Below are positions 12,577 through 24,742 of a DNA stretch of 64,000 nt, piece after piece. Numbering within the stretch: the first letter of the stretch is position 1; every line of letters begins with the position of its first letter. Location: positions 16,169,807 to 16,233,806 of the forward strand of contig NC_134031.1 of assembly GCF_964204645.1 (NCBI RefSeq), written 5' to 3'. The notes under the pieces are model-generated. The model searched no databases. It was not told the origin of the DNA and was given only the letters and a program-made list of their open reading frames with translations. Made by a program: the position numbers and the translations under genes. The DNA comes from Tubulanus polymorphus. Lineage: Eukaryota > Animalia > Nemertea.

Positions 12577-12854
12577 TGTGTGCTTCGAACGCGGTTAAAT
12601 CGACGTCGCCTTCAGACGGGAAACGTTGCGATCGTCCGGCGAAATCTTATCCGTGCAATCTTTGCGACAAAATTCTCACGTCCGACTTAGGCTGGAAAAT
12701 CCACACGAACGCGCACGTCGGCGCGCGGCCGTTCTGGTGTAAATATTGCCAGCGTAAATTCTCGACGCGCAGCAATTGCCTGCGACACATCGGTTCTCAA
12801 CACGGGCAGCACGCGGTCACCGACGGCGTGATCGAAGTGAATTTCATTCATTGA
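12577..12854 (+). CDS. Alternative terminal exon ZF-E (twin C2H2)
   Basis: TTTCAG|TG TGT, phase 1; CNLC..HTNAH-VGARPF-CKYC..HIGSQH. Confidence 0.85.
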
Positions 12855-13165
12855 CGCGAGGAGGAAAATGCGTAAAACTGAGGCGCGAATGTGACCGACG
12901 ATAGAGTTAAAACGTGATTTAAGATAAAGTTTTTTTCAGTATTCTTATTTCGAATTGATAAATGCTGTCACCTGATTTTGATTTGTGGAATGGATATGCG
13001 CGGCGTGGCAGAGATTAGTTATTATGTGAAGCAAACAAATTACTGTTGTTTTACGTATTACCGTCATTTTTTTCATTCGCGATGTTGACGCATGACAGCG
13101 AACCCGGGAACTTAGGAATTTAAGGTGATTAAAAACAGTAATCCACAATTTTCGACTACTTTCAG

Positions 13166-13512
13166 CGTACACGCCGTGGCAAGCGAAACAAGAACAGACT
13201 CAAGACTTCAACGCGACATCAACGTCGTCGCAATCGGCGTGTAGATATTGCGGTCAGATGATCGCCGACAGCAAGCTGAAAGCGCACGAGAAATCGCATC
13301 AGCGAACGGTGTTCGAATGCCCGACCTGCGGCCGACGACTGACCTCCAGCAACGGCCTGCAGATTCATATGCGCACGCACAACGGTCACAAACCGTATCG
13401 ATGTAAATTCTGCAAGCAATTGTTCACCGACCGCAGCAACTGTAAAAAGCACATCTACCGACAACACTGTCAGGACAAGGACATCGTCGATAAGGGTTTC
13501 GACGTAGTTTAG
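13166..13512 (+). CDS. Alternative terminal exon ZF-F (short atypical finger plus twin C2H2)
   Basis: TTTCAG|CG TAC, phase 1; CRYC..HEKSH, CPTC..HMRTH-NGHKPY-CKFC..HIYRQH. Confidence 0.85.
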
Positions 13513-14157
13513 ATTTTGAGAACATTGTTAGATTATGTTAGAGTCTTTGTAGGCATATTTAGCCAGTTTCATCGTATATATATATTATATATATATATAT
13601 TTTTCTATAGAGTAGAGGATTAATCAGATTTTTGTTTATAGAATAATGTATTCTTGATGTAATAGTTGTAGATCGTGCTTTCAGATATACGTCTATCTTA
13701 GCGGATTCAGATATGTAAAGAAGTGTATTTTGTTGTTTAATGAATATGGTTAACCTTGCCTAACTAGATGCATTTAACCGGGCTTTCTTTTATTCGGCTG
13801 ATTACAAAAGTTTCAACATTAGCTTGGTATTTTCAAAAATGTTAGTAGCACGTTTTTCACTTTTCGTCATAAACTTGGACGAAATTTTACCCTCTTTCAA
13901 TTGCACTAATTTAAGAATTGCAAGGTTTGCTTTATACAGATATTCACAAGATTTGAGCTTTTCACCCCCGTTTCACTGGCACAAAATGACTGCGGCACGG
14001 AAGTCGTCATTATATGTCGACTCCGGAAAAATCAACACTAGGACGAAATGGTGCAGTTGTGTTATTGGTCGGACCCAAGTGCTCTGTCTCTATCGGTATA
14101 TGAACATGTCTTACTTACTACGTGTACTATCTAAATTATCTATTACCCTAATTTCAG

Positions 14158-14549
14158 GGTCATTGTGGCAACAGAAGAATAAAGAGCGGGCACTCGGCGG
14201 TCCGGACCAAGCGACGGATCATTCCGGCGGAACGCGGGCGCCGCCGGATGTAGACATTAGCGCGATGAAAATGTGTAAATTCTGCTACTTGATGATCGCG
14301 CCGGACGAGTTCAAAAATCACGAGGCGATGCATAAAAGCGTTTTCACGTGTCCGGTGTGCAATAAATCGATGACGACGAACAAAGGTCTCGAAATTCACA
14401 TGCGTTGCCACAACGGCGAAAAGCCGTTCCAGTGTAAGTTCTGCAGCGCGCAGTTCTCCGATTTGAGCAATTGTAAACGCCACATACGCAATCAACACTC
14501 GGCGGATAGCGAAATCATCAAAGCGGGTTTTACGATTCTGAAGTTGTGA
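14158..14549 (+). CDS. Alternative terminal exon ZF-G (short atypical finger plus twin C2H2)
   Basis: ATTTCAG|GG TCA, phase 1; CKFC..HEAMH, CPVC..HMRCH-NGEKPF-CKFC..HIRNQH. Confidence 0.85.
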
Positions 14550-16538
14550 TGTGCACGTATAGAGCTGTTTTTTAGGGAATTTGAACGTTATCGGATCTTG
14601 GTGCATGCTATCTCCGCTGATTGTATAATTCTCACTACTTTCAGGCACTAGTGACAAATTTTGTCTCTTGGAACCAATTCTCAGTAGAGAGAGAGTTAAC
14701 ATAGTTAAATATCCATAAAAGTGGTGTACTAGCAAAATCCATCACTGATTCGTACACCGCACTGCAGTGTAGACGCACTGAAAGGGTTAACAAAAAATAT
14801 TATACCTTAACTGATAGCTGTAGTGTGCACTAGGCTCCAGTATGCGATGCTGCTGCTGCAGTCCTGGAAAATATTCGCACAAGGGAAAATTCATAGTCTT
14901 CATGAAGTTGTGCATAGGTTATACAAAATTACTAATAAAGAATTTTAGAACTAATAAGTCCATTCTAACTTGGCCCTTACCAGGAACAGACCAATTTAGA
15001 ACGACCTAAATCGGACTCGTGTATTGACATTTTGAATCGGCCGTTAGGACTGGTCCACTTTATGTGCAACACTGTGATATTAACTGGAAATAAGAGCATA
15101 TTATCTTTTCGCGCACACGGAGATGGTCCATTCTTAAATTTAGAAGGGACCTAGGTCGGTCATTTTGGTTGGTCTTAATTGGTCTGTTCCTAAAAATGAA
15201 AATATCCAGTTTAACACGGAGTTTTTCCCTGTTTACTACACAAAAGCCAAATGTGGCTTATGCATACTTTATGAATCCGATATGTAAATTGAAGATGTTC
15301 CTGTGTATGACAAGTTATTGCTAAAACAATCAAATTATTCAATGTGCTCATATTTGTTAGAATGAAAAATTGACTGGCGCCTTCGTAATGTGTACCGGGG
15401 TACATTGAATTGATATGCATGAATTGATTTTCTAGTTGTTTGTCTAAATGAATTGAAGGCTGTATTGTTTATCTCATAAAACGTCATGGATTTTGTTCGG
15501 TTTCTGGTTATTCTAACCATGGCTCCTTGTTTCTTAACATCTTTAAAAACGCAATAGAGAGAGTTAAGAGGTTTATTTATTTGATTTCGTTTTCTGTATC
15601 GGAATTTGATATTTTTGAAAATGTGGAAATGATTTCATTTCGATTATGATTTTAAGGATTTTTTAGAGAAATATGATTTTACACTACATATTTTTTGATA
15701 CGCTTGAATTATTTTTGGGATGATGACTTAAATGTGATTGCAACTGAAGTGTAACAAAAAATGTAAAAAGCTACGTAATACCTTGTATGCAGTAGCCATA
15801 GAACCATGGACGTATAAGCTAGTTTTAACCATGAAAGAACTAAAAACATTGAGTTTTCTGCTATTGTTATTCTGTTGACCTTGGTAAAATCGTTATTGGT
15901 TATTGCTCATCAGAAATAGTCAAGCACATCGAGACAGCTTGTTTGAATAAAACATACTTTCATGATAAGTAGCAATAGCAACTACTCTAGGTATCGGTCA
16001 CATATCATTATTGTTGCTGTCATCACTTTGGTCTGAACCTGGTCGTCTGCCATAGTTTAGTCAATAAAATATTCATATCGTTGTATATTAGTACGAATGT
16101 ATGTACAAAGTCTCAGAAAAATAAATACCGCATTTATTGTTAAGAATATATATATATATATACGTATTCTGTTGTCATATTTCTGATTGGAGGTCGCTCA
16201 GTCGTACACAGTCGTTGGGAATCCCTGAGACTTGTCGCATTTATTTGGTATGAAGGTTTTATCAACACAAATGGACAGATATAATCATCAACTGAGGTGT
16301 AAACTAGTTCCAAAGAAACTAGTTGCAAAGAGAAAGGGGGTCTCATTTGCAATTGCCACCGCAATTAATTGATGATATCATACATGTATGAATACAGTAA
16401 ACATTTCTTGCCCGGATCTCGTGGGACCAATAACTTCTAGGTACCGGTGCGTGCGTTCCGGGGCAGTCGGAACAGGCGTGGGTCATTAATGAGAAATGAA
16501 AACTTTGTGACATCGAAGCAAGCGACTCCGGGGTAAAC

Positions 16539-16841
16539 CACAGGCTCTCGTATTTGAAGTTTGGGGGTGAACTGCAGCTTTGATCACCCAGTACCCTAGT
16601 CAGTAACCTGTCTGTGGTTTACTTTCACGATCGGATATTTTCACAAACCACATAATAGGCCCATCCGATTGGTATAAGCCCATCCGATTATAAAAAGCTT
16701 ACCACCCGGGCTTACCACCAATGATTAGGTAACTAACTAACTACCAGTAACCCTGGTATACCATATAAAAAGAATAGTATCAAGGGTTCTGGATGATCTA
16801 AGCTACAGTCCATCCCCAAACTTCAAATACAAGCCCCTGTG
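16539..16841. mobile_element. MITE (CACAGG..CTCGTATTTGAAGTTTGGGGGTGAACT...; inverted end at about 16800-16841) carrying a nested dispersed repeat. A shorter copy lies at about 28094-28229; the nested repeat also occurs at about 60820-61020, 61550-61610 and 62340-62410.
   Basis: Long TIRs and multiple dispersed copies visible in the window. Confidence 0.6.
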
Positions 16842-16944
16842 GGGTAAACGGAGTCTACCGTATAATCATACCTTTTCCGACAAAAATTATATGTAATTTT
16901 ATATAGTCTGTATAAGTAAAGGATTTTAATTGTTATTCTTTCAG

Positions 16945-17171
16945 GTATGGGCAGTGCGTTGAAAGCGGCGTCCTACAATTGTCAGCCACAATTGGTTCTC
17001 ATCTGTCCAGTATGCAATAAAATCTTCCCGAAAAAGTACACGGCCAACTACAAAAAACACTTGCGCATTCACACCGGCGAGAAACCGTACAGCTGTGACG
17101 TCTGCGGCCGAAAGTTCAAAGACGCCAGTAACCGTAACGTGCATCTCAAACGCATGCATAACGCGTGTTAG
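16945..17171 (+). CDS. Alternative terminal exon ZF-H (twin C2H2 with canonical HTGEKPY linker)
   Basis: TTCTTTCAG|GT ATG, phase 1; CPVC..HLRIH-TGEKPY-CDVC..HLKRMH. Confidence 0.85.
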
Positions 17172-18674
17172 TTATTTCATCTTATTGCGCGTACTCGAAA
17201 CAACGATATCTAAATGCAAATTGGAATAGATGTTTAATGTATGGATATTGAAGTTTATCTTAATATGAATGTATGAAATATACAATCCATGTAATGTATT
17301 AGTTGAATAACCACCATCAAACGTGGTGAGCCAGTGGCGTTGGAAGTGCGGCGACTGCAGCGGCAATAATTTACTGAATGACGTTTTTTTCTTTGAATAC
17401 CACATTTTTGAAGAAATTAAGTAAATTCGCCGCGGCAATATTTAGAACCTGTCCAAAATCATTTGGCCGCGGCAATCAAAAATTGCTTCCAACGCCCCTG
17501 TGAACGGATAATAAGGTAAAACCCCGCTACGTACGGATTAAAATTTTTTAGAAAGTCGAGAATTCACTAAGTCAAAAAATTAAAAGAAAACGACGTTTCG
17601 ATCTCACCCAGTAGAGATCATCGTCAGGTGTGAAATTAGATATAAAAACAGTTTTTAAAAACTTTTAATCCGTACATAATGGGTTTTTGTTCTTACTATG
17701 TAATCTATGTTTTTCGGACTTTAAGTTGTTCTTTTATATTGAAGAGGAAAATGCTAGCATGTAGACTACTTTCTTGTCGTCTTACGAAATTAAGTATCTT
17801 GTAACTTGCTGTAAAGTTTTACCGGTATATGTTTTGATATCATTATAGTGTGTCTTATTTTAACGAAATAAACAGTTTTCGTCATTTTAACTTCTTTCGT
17901 TCGGATAGAGCGTGTCGTTTTCTCTGATTCTGGTTCCAGAAACTCAGGCGCATATTATGTATTCCGAATATTCCAACCACAATTGAAATTTAAGTCAATT
18001 TTGTGTCATCTAAAAGAGAATATATATGAAAAATGGCTCCAGTCTCCTTTGTAAGAAAAAACGTATATAATTTGATGATACCCCAGACGGTTTGGAGGAT
18101 TTAGAGCTTATATTCCATATTTTAGATTTAACGTCTGTTATCGGCGCAGAGGGATGCCCCCGTTAACCTTCCTATAATCAATCAAGTTATCAGCAGATAA
18201 TGACTGAACGATTGTTCATCTTTGGAAGAAAAATATAATCCGCTTGCAGCTAAATCAATCGATAAATATCTCACGACCGCGCGATCGTAAATGTGCGAAT
18301 TTTCTCAGTCGTGAAAATCGTCTAATCTAAATCGGCGATAAAAGCGTTGTTTATGGCAATTTAATGATTTTCCGTGTGACGACGATCCTCGGCAGGCGTT
18401 TCTTGACGTAAAACTCCTTAGCGTTCGCGTTTGAAAATCATTGTAATAACAATTAGCGCATCTTGACAGAGCTGTCGTACTGCTGTTAGCTTCTCTAGAC
18501 CGAACATTACCACCATCTCGCGAAATACGTAAATGTTGTGTTACTTTATATCATTTCATGTAGGATTATTTCAAGCCACGTGAGAAATTTCTTTGGAAAT
18601 TAGAATTGAAATTCTATGCGTAATCTGCGAAAATTTGATTTCTTGATCTTTTGGTTTCAATATCTGCGAAAAGT

Positions 18675-20694
18675 ATGAGAATAACAGAGTCAGCAGTTTT
18701 CCGAGTGTGCGTCGCATGTCTTTTTATTTCAAATGGAATTAGAGTTATCACTGCTCAGGTTGTTGAAGGTAATCTATGAAAATATCGATGTATGTCCTAA
18801 TCGGCAAACATTCGGTACAAAAATCTCATCCTTTCAAATTGAAGTTATTATTTTCAATATCTGTATGATATCATCTCATATTCTCGTATCGTTGCCAGGG
18901 GTAAACTTAGCACTGAATCGACCGGCCAAGATGAGCACGGAATATTTTCCGGGACAAGCGTACGGAAGTGCCGCTAAAGCGGTCGATGGCAACACGAACG
19001 GATATTTCGTCTCGGGAGACACTTGCACGCAAACAACGATGTCCAACGCTGGGAATCACTGGTGGATGGTCGACCTGAAGAGAAAATACCTGGTCAGAAA
19101 TGTCTATGTTGCCAACAGGGCGGATTGTTGTGGTAAGAACAACCTCATTCCACCTCTTCGTAGTATGTGGCTGCGTCTAGATATATCTTAAATCTAAAAG
19201 CCACTCTGTTTGACCTTAAAATAGGGATAGCCCCTCTTATTCATTGATTGGTGAATTTGATTTGAATTAACTTGATTTGATGTGCCTTTCAAACCCACCA
19301 CACGTGCCGTAGCAAAACAGGGGGTTTGCTTTTGAAATCAGAAATCGAACAGGGTACAAATGCGTGATTGGCCGTCGAATTTACAGAATTTCGGTTCGGG
19401 TTCATGTAAACTATGATCATCCAGCCTGAACCGGCAAGTGACTGACTGGGGTTAATTTATACCAAAAAATGTTAAATATATTTAACTATATTATCATACT
19501 AGTTTTATGTAAGAACATTACAATCAAAGATAAACGCTCAAATCGAGTGCTGGTGTGTAAATATTGTTAAAATCTATTTTCTTTTTCTACATTTTTTGTA
19601 ACTGTTTTACATGAATATTTCTGTATCCTCATCAATGTATCACTGTAATGTGGTTTGAGTTGTTAATAAAGTCCAAGTTCAAGCCTAAATTTATTGGGCC
19701 TACATCGAGATTTGGAAGTAGGCCATTTTTAACGAAAATGACAGTTATTATTATCAAAATCAAAGACAGTTTTGGGTTAAGTATACGTAAATCTGTGTTT
19801 GGTCTTTGTATTTGTAGCATCACGACTGAGGGACTTTGACATACTCGTCACATTAGATAGACCGGTCCCGGAGTACGCGCTGGACGTCACGCCTGATAAC
19901 ACTTGTATTCACAAAACTGGATCTATGATGTTGGGCGAGAAGAGGAACTTCACGTGTGCGTCGCCGATAGTCGGAAATTTCGTGATCATCACCAAACCTG
20001 GTAACTCGGAAGCGTTGACATTGTGTGAAGTGCAAGTTTACGGTTCGAAAGCTCCCGATCAATTCAATGGTAAGTAAGCATCGACCACAGCAGGCAAATA
20101 AGTAGGTTATTATCACGTAAAATCACGTACTAAACAACTCTTTTTTATAACCTTAAAAGTTGGAAATTAGTTTGTGACCAGATCCACGGCCATCTGTTGT
20201 AGCTCGGTCAGATAAGGCGTGATGCTGTTGCATCCACTATCAGTGTTCAGTGATAAGTAGGTTCGCGTCCTAATGGCTGCTTACAGTGTGCGGGCAACTC
20301 TTCAAAGGTAGTCCCGTCGTGAGGTTAAATGAATAATCCAATAGGGTTAGTCTAGGGAAACCAAGATCCAAGCGACGTAAAAACCAAAACAAACAAACAA
20401 ACAAACAAACAAATTGTATAATTCTGCATTTCAAGTAGTTCTCTATTTTTTCATTTTGAGGTAGATTTCAATTTCCGTAAGCAAGGTAACAGAAATCACC
20501 TGGTGGAGAAATACGAAACAGTAAAGAAGCGATCGGATATCGAATGTGCTCGAATTTGTCGACCCGACGACAAATGCGAGGGTTTCGTTTACAACGGTAT
20601 CGTCTGCGATCTATACACAGTGAATACGAGTCCATTTTTTGCGCCGACGAATTATTACAAGAAACTGCAGCCGATGCCAGACGAGCGGGTCTGA
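18675..20694 (+). CDS. Secreted F-type lectin (fucolectin/FTP domain) with a C-terminal PAN/apple domain; exons 18675-18768, 18899-19132, 19818-20069, 20465-20694
   Basis: Signal-peptide-like exon 1; NLALNRPAKMST..AAKAVDGN..CTQT..WWMVDL..NRADCC/ASRL..LTLCEVQVYG; PAN motif ECARICRPDDKCEGFVYNGIVCDLY; all junctions GT-AG, phase 1. Confidence 0.85.
20187..20413 (+). mobile_element. tRNA-derived SINE in intron 3 of the lectin gene
   Basis: A-box-like TAGCTCGGTCAGATAAGGCG, B-box-like GGTTCGCGTCC, 3' tail GACGTAAAAACCAAAAC(AAAC)n. Confidence 0.65.
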
Positions 20695-21109
20695 TTGATA
20701 ATTACAGCTACCGAACTGCCATTCCGTGTTGACACGAAGCAAAATGTACCGCGGATAAAATCATCCGGAAAACAGTGTATGGCGCGGACGTTTTTCTCGG
20801 TGCAAAATTATCCCGTATGAGATCGATCTGGTGAGACGTCTAATTTTTAAAACACATTTTGCCATCAAATATGGATACAGTTGAAAAGTGAATGACTGGT
20901 ATAGTTCAACGATATACCGTAGGTTTATCGATATGAAAACTAAATGCCAATAATAAACGCCCACTGGACTGCCAGTTTTGCGGTTAATTAGATAACAGAG
21001 TTACTTTCGTAGTACTTGTACACGAATAGAAATGCATACATTGGCACGTTACTGCTTCAGGTTGACGTCCTGTACTTAACTGGTTAATTAACATTTCACT
21101 AGGAAATTA

Positions 21110-21981
21110 TTGGTATTCGTTCGAGTTTCAAGGCGCGGCGAATAACATCCGCACCAACCATAGCTAAATAACTTTACCGATATATTCTTGTATGTCAGTC
21201 CATCATTGTATGTCCATCATAAGCCATAAGCTCTCCAGTCAATCTGCAATAGTCAAAAAAGTCAAAAAAAGGAACCACGAAAGAGCATTTGCTCAACTTG
21301 AAAACTTGATATACATTTTCTCGATAACTATTTTTTCTAAAGGAATTGATGTAGCTGTTGTGTACAGCTGTTTTGTCCCCTCGGATACACGCTTTTAACC
21401 GAAGTACCGTATTTAGAAATATTAGCGATAACTATATATAGGACTTACACCAGGTGCTTAACGGATTCCTATCCCAGACAAGTCGATACGGACAACTCCA
21501 TCCGTTCTGTTGCACGATCCGCCATCCCCGTAACTTGTCGGTTTCCAATTGGCGGGGAGAACTGGTAACCGTTTTGATGTGTCCGCGAATGTAAAATCAC
21601 TTATATCGACCAATAAATTCTGAAAATTTGTAAATTGTAAATACAGTTTCAACCAGTCCGTATTAACTCATTTGAATATCCAAGCATCGCAGGTTACACA
21701 AGAACCCACGACAAGATTGAGGCGGATTTTATTGAAATAAAATTCCGGATACATTTTGTATGTGGGTTCATTTTGGTGTGGCATCGATGAAATCGCGTAG
21801 TTGGCGTCTTCTCTAGCTGGCTGGTAAAGATAATTTATGTCCTGCTTTCGACGAAATGTTTTAACAATAAATAGCGATGCTTTCATTAAAAATACCGTCC
21901 AAAAAAAGTTGATAGGTGCCATCCACCGCGATACCATTACCAACAAAATGTTTACAACGGTTCGGAAACAGGCCAACATCT
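21110..21981 (-). pseudogene. Inverted PAN-GON family pseudogene (GON exons 3-5 only, frameshifted)
   Basis: LFPNRCKHFVGNGIAVDGTYQLFLDGIFNESIAIYC* followed by a frameshift; DFTFADTSKRLPVLPANWKPTSYGDGGSC; degraded last exon (..YGWCG..LKLERI). Confidence 0.8.
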
Positions 21982-24742
21982 AAAATGACAGCAAGCGACG
22001 ATTGAAAATGAAATGCAGATATATTTGGACGGATGTTGGCAAAGATTGAAGTATTTACCATATCGTCTGTATCTCATTGCACCAGTGATAAAAGACACTG
22101 AGGTATAAGTTAGTACATATTTCAATTAAATTAAAAAGACACTGTATTCTATATTCAAATGCTATGCTATACGCTTCGCAGTACAAAAAATGTCCTATTT
22201 GGCCACAAATGAATCAATCTAGATTAGACAGAATTTATAATTAGTTGTGATTCGATTAATTTTATTCACTCATTAGTATTATAACAAATACACATATGAA
22301 TATTTCACAAACTTACCTGTTCCCGTAATGAAATGATTATGATATAATCATAACTATGTGATATAGATTTCTTTGGGGGGGGGGTTACTATTTTCATTAC
22401 GTCTCGTTACGATCGACGATATCAATCATTTATGCGTTTGTGAAATGAACCATTGGTTTTTAGCTGTAAGGAGAGCGGGAATGCCGCCTAGTACAGAAAG
22501 AAACAACGAAGATAATCTCAATATAGTTGAATGTCAAATCTGATCATTTCATATCTACGCGATGTACATATATTATTGTCAATCGAAAGATTCAAAAACC
22601 TATTCGGTAAATAATCATATCATGATTGAGGCTGAAGAACAGTATATGAAATTCCATGCAACGATAATGTGTTGAACAACACGTTAAATACAGTGAGAAA
22701 AATAAAAGTAAAAAAGAAAAGAAAATGAAAGTGAAAAATATATGATTCATACAAAGATGTGAACTGTAAAATGAGTGCATGCGAACTAAGAAAGAAACTA
22801 AATTTATATTTTAAATATGAATTAGAGAGAGGATGCATTCCTAGGTCAGTGTAAACAAATATCAGAGAAGGTTATTCTAGAGAATGAATTTCGCTGATTA
22901 ATTTAACAAGATCGTAGAATTTTCCGTTTTAGTTTGAGTTGAGTATTTTTTTAACAACGAGAATCGAATTTTATAGATTAATAACAATAATAAAGAATAT
23001 CTGTATAGCGCGTTTCCACATTGCCACGCTTGTGCAAGTTTTTGTGGAACAACCATGTTTTTTTCGATACTGTATACATGGATTTCGTGAATTAATTATG
23101 ACCATGCATTTTGCGAATGGAAGCGTTGTTGAGTATATGTTATAGACAGCCAGACGGAAAATAATAAATGAAAAAACTAATGTGTTTTGCGATCATTCTA
23201 TCTGGGTTTAAAAGCGATTAAAGTCGTAATTGAATAGCTGCCTATAGTATAAAAATGAAAACATGAAATTCAATAGAAAATCGAATAAATATTTGCTGTT
23301 TAAAGTTTTAAATCGACAAAAAAGAATAATTTCGTCCCCAGGACGACGCATCTGTGAAATGGGCCTTGGCTCATTTAGATTTGTATCCAAAACTATATAG
23401 TGTGGTGGTGGCATCGTTAAGCAATCATCCATTCTGGTTCAAGGCGAGAGCATATACGGTCTTTCCTGAGTTAAAGGTAATGTACAAATTTATAGAACCG
23501 GCCCCAGAGGATTCCTAACCCTAGAGGGTCCGTCGTATAAATCACTTATTTCGTTTTCCAATCGATATGGCGTAAATCGGCTGTAATGACTTTAAAAGGC
23601 GAGAACTTTGCGCTGGTAGAATGTGTCAAGTCTCGGGAGAATTCAAGCCCATATAATCGATTAGTATTTGCCATATTAATCAGGGATATGCGCGTGTTTA
23701 ATTCATGTAAGGACTTATTTTCATACTAAAAACGGCTCGGTTATCAATATTTCTGGATCTATCAACTCGTGTGAAGAGAACATATGCATCACCCGTTTCA
23801 AGAGCCCGTTCTAGACACCACAAAGTGAATGTCAATACGTCAAAATCGTTAGTACACACAAAAACAAACGAAACCAGCTATTCAGAATGGCAACCGAACG
23901 ATTAGAAGAAATAAAGCCTTTTTCAATTGTTGAATAGAGGGAGATACAACCAGACACTATGGGGTTGTATCAGTCAATTCTTTTTAGGATTCGTCAGCAT
24001 CTCAAATGAATTGTCTATATATGCACGTGTCATTAATATCTCTTAAAAAAACCTTAATAGTATTCTATCTATACTTCAAGTGTGCATATGATTTTTCTTG
24101 AAATTGTTTTTGTTTTCTTACCGACCTTTCATGATTGTGGGTACGGTGAAGGGTTGTTTAGTACATGCATGTATGAATGCTTCGGTCACTTTGGGCAGTG
24201 TACGATATAAGTTTGTGACTTCTCTCCGGGTTTCAATTGAAACCACACCGATTTTTATGTAAAAATAATTGTTGTTTTGTATCTTAAAGTGTATTTTTTC
24301 AAGTATTCGGTATATAACTTATTGCATGAAGCTAAATAATAACTCTTTATCTTATATAACATACTCGACAATCATACAAGATATGTATACCATTATGTCG
24401 AGGAAAAACTTCGCAATGAGTCACGAAAAAGAGTTGAATATAAGTCCCACAATCACGAAGCCGGGCTAGAAAATAGAAACGCTGAAAATCTATATATCAT
24501 TATACAGATTTGCATTATAAATCTGAATTTCAGGCTTTTCACTAAAAACTATCATCAGGGGAATCATTAAAAACATACCGTGATAATGGTTCGTGATTGA
24601 AATTCACTTTCGTGATTACGTGGGACAAATTTACACCATTGCGTTCGTTGATGAAAAAGTGCATCACGTGACCCATTATATATTCATGATAGTGACATCG
24701 ACAAAATGCCAATGAAAAATCGAGTATTCTATTCAAAATAAG

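Noticed and set aside
8953-17171. Eight independent single-exon ZF genes, or one poly-ZF protein
   Set aside because: Most segments lack an ATG at their start, all have phase-1 acceptors, and each has its own stop, so neither model fits
20187-20280. tRNA gene
   Set aside because: No complete cloverleaf; it continues into a body and an (AAAC)n tail, so it is a SINE
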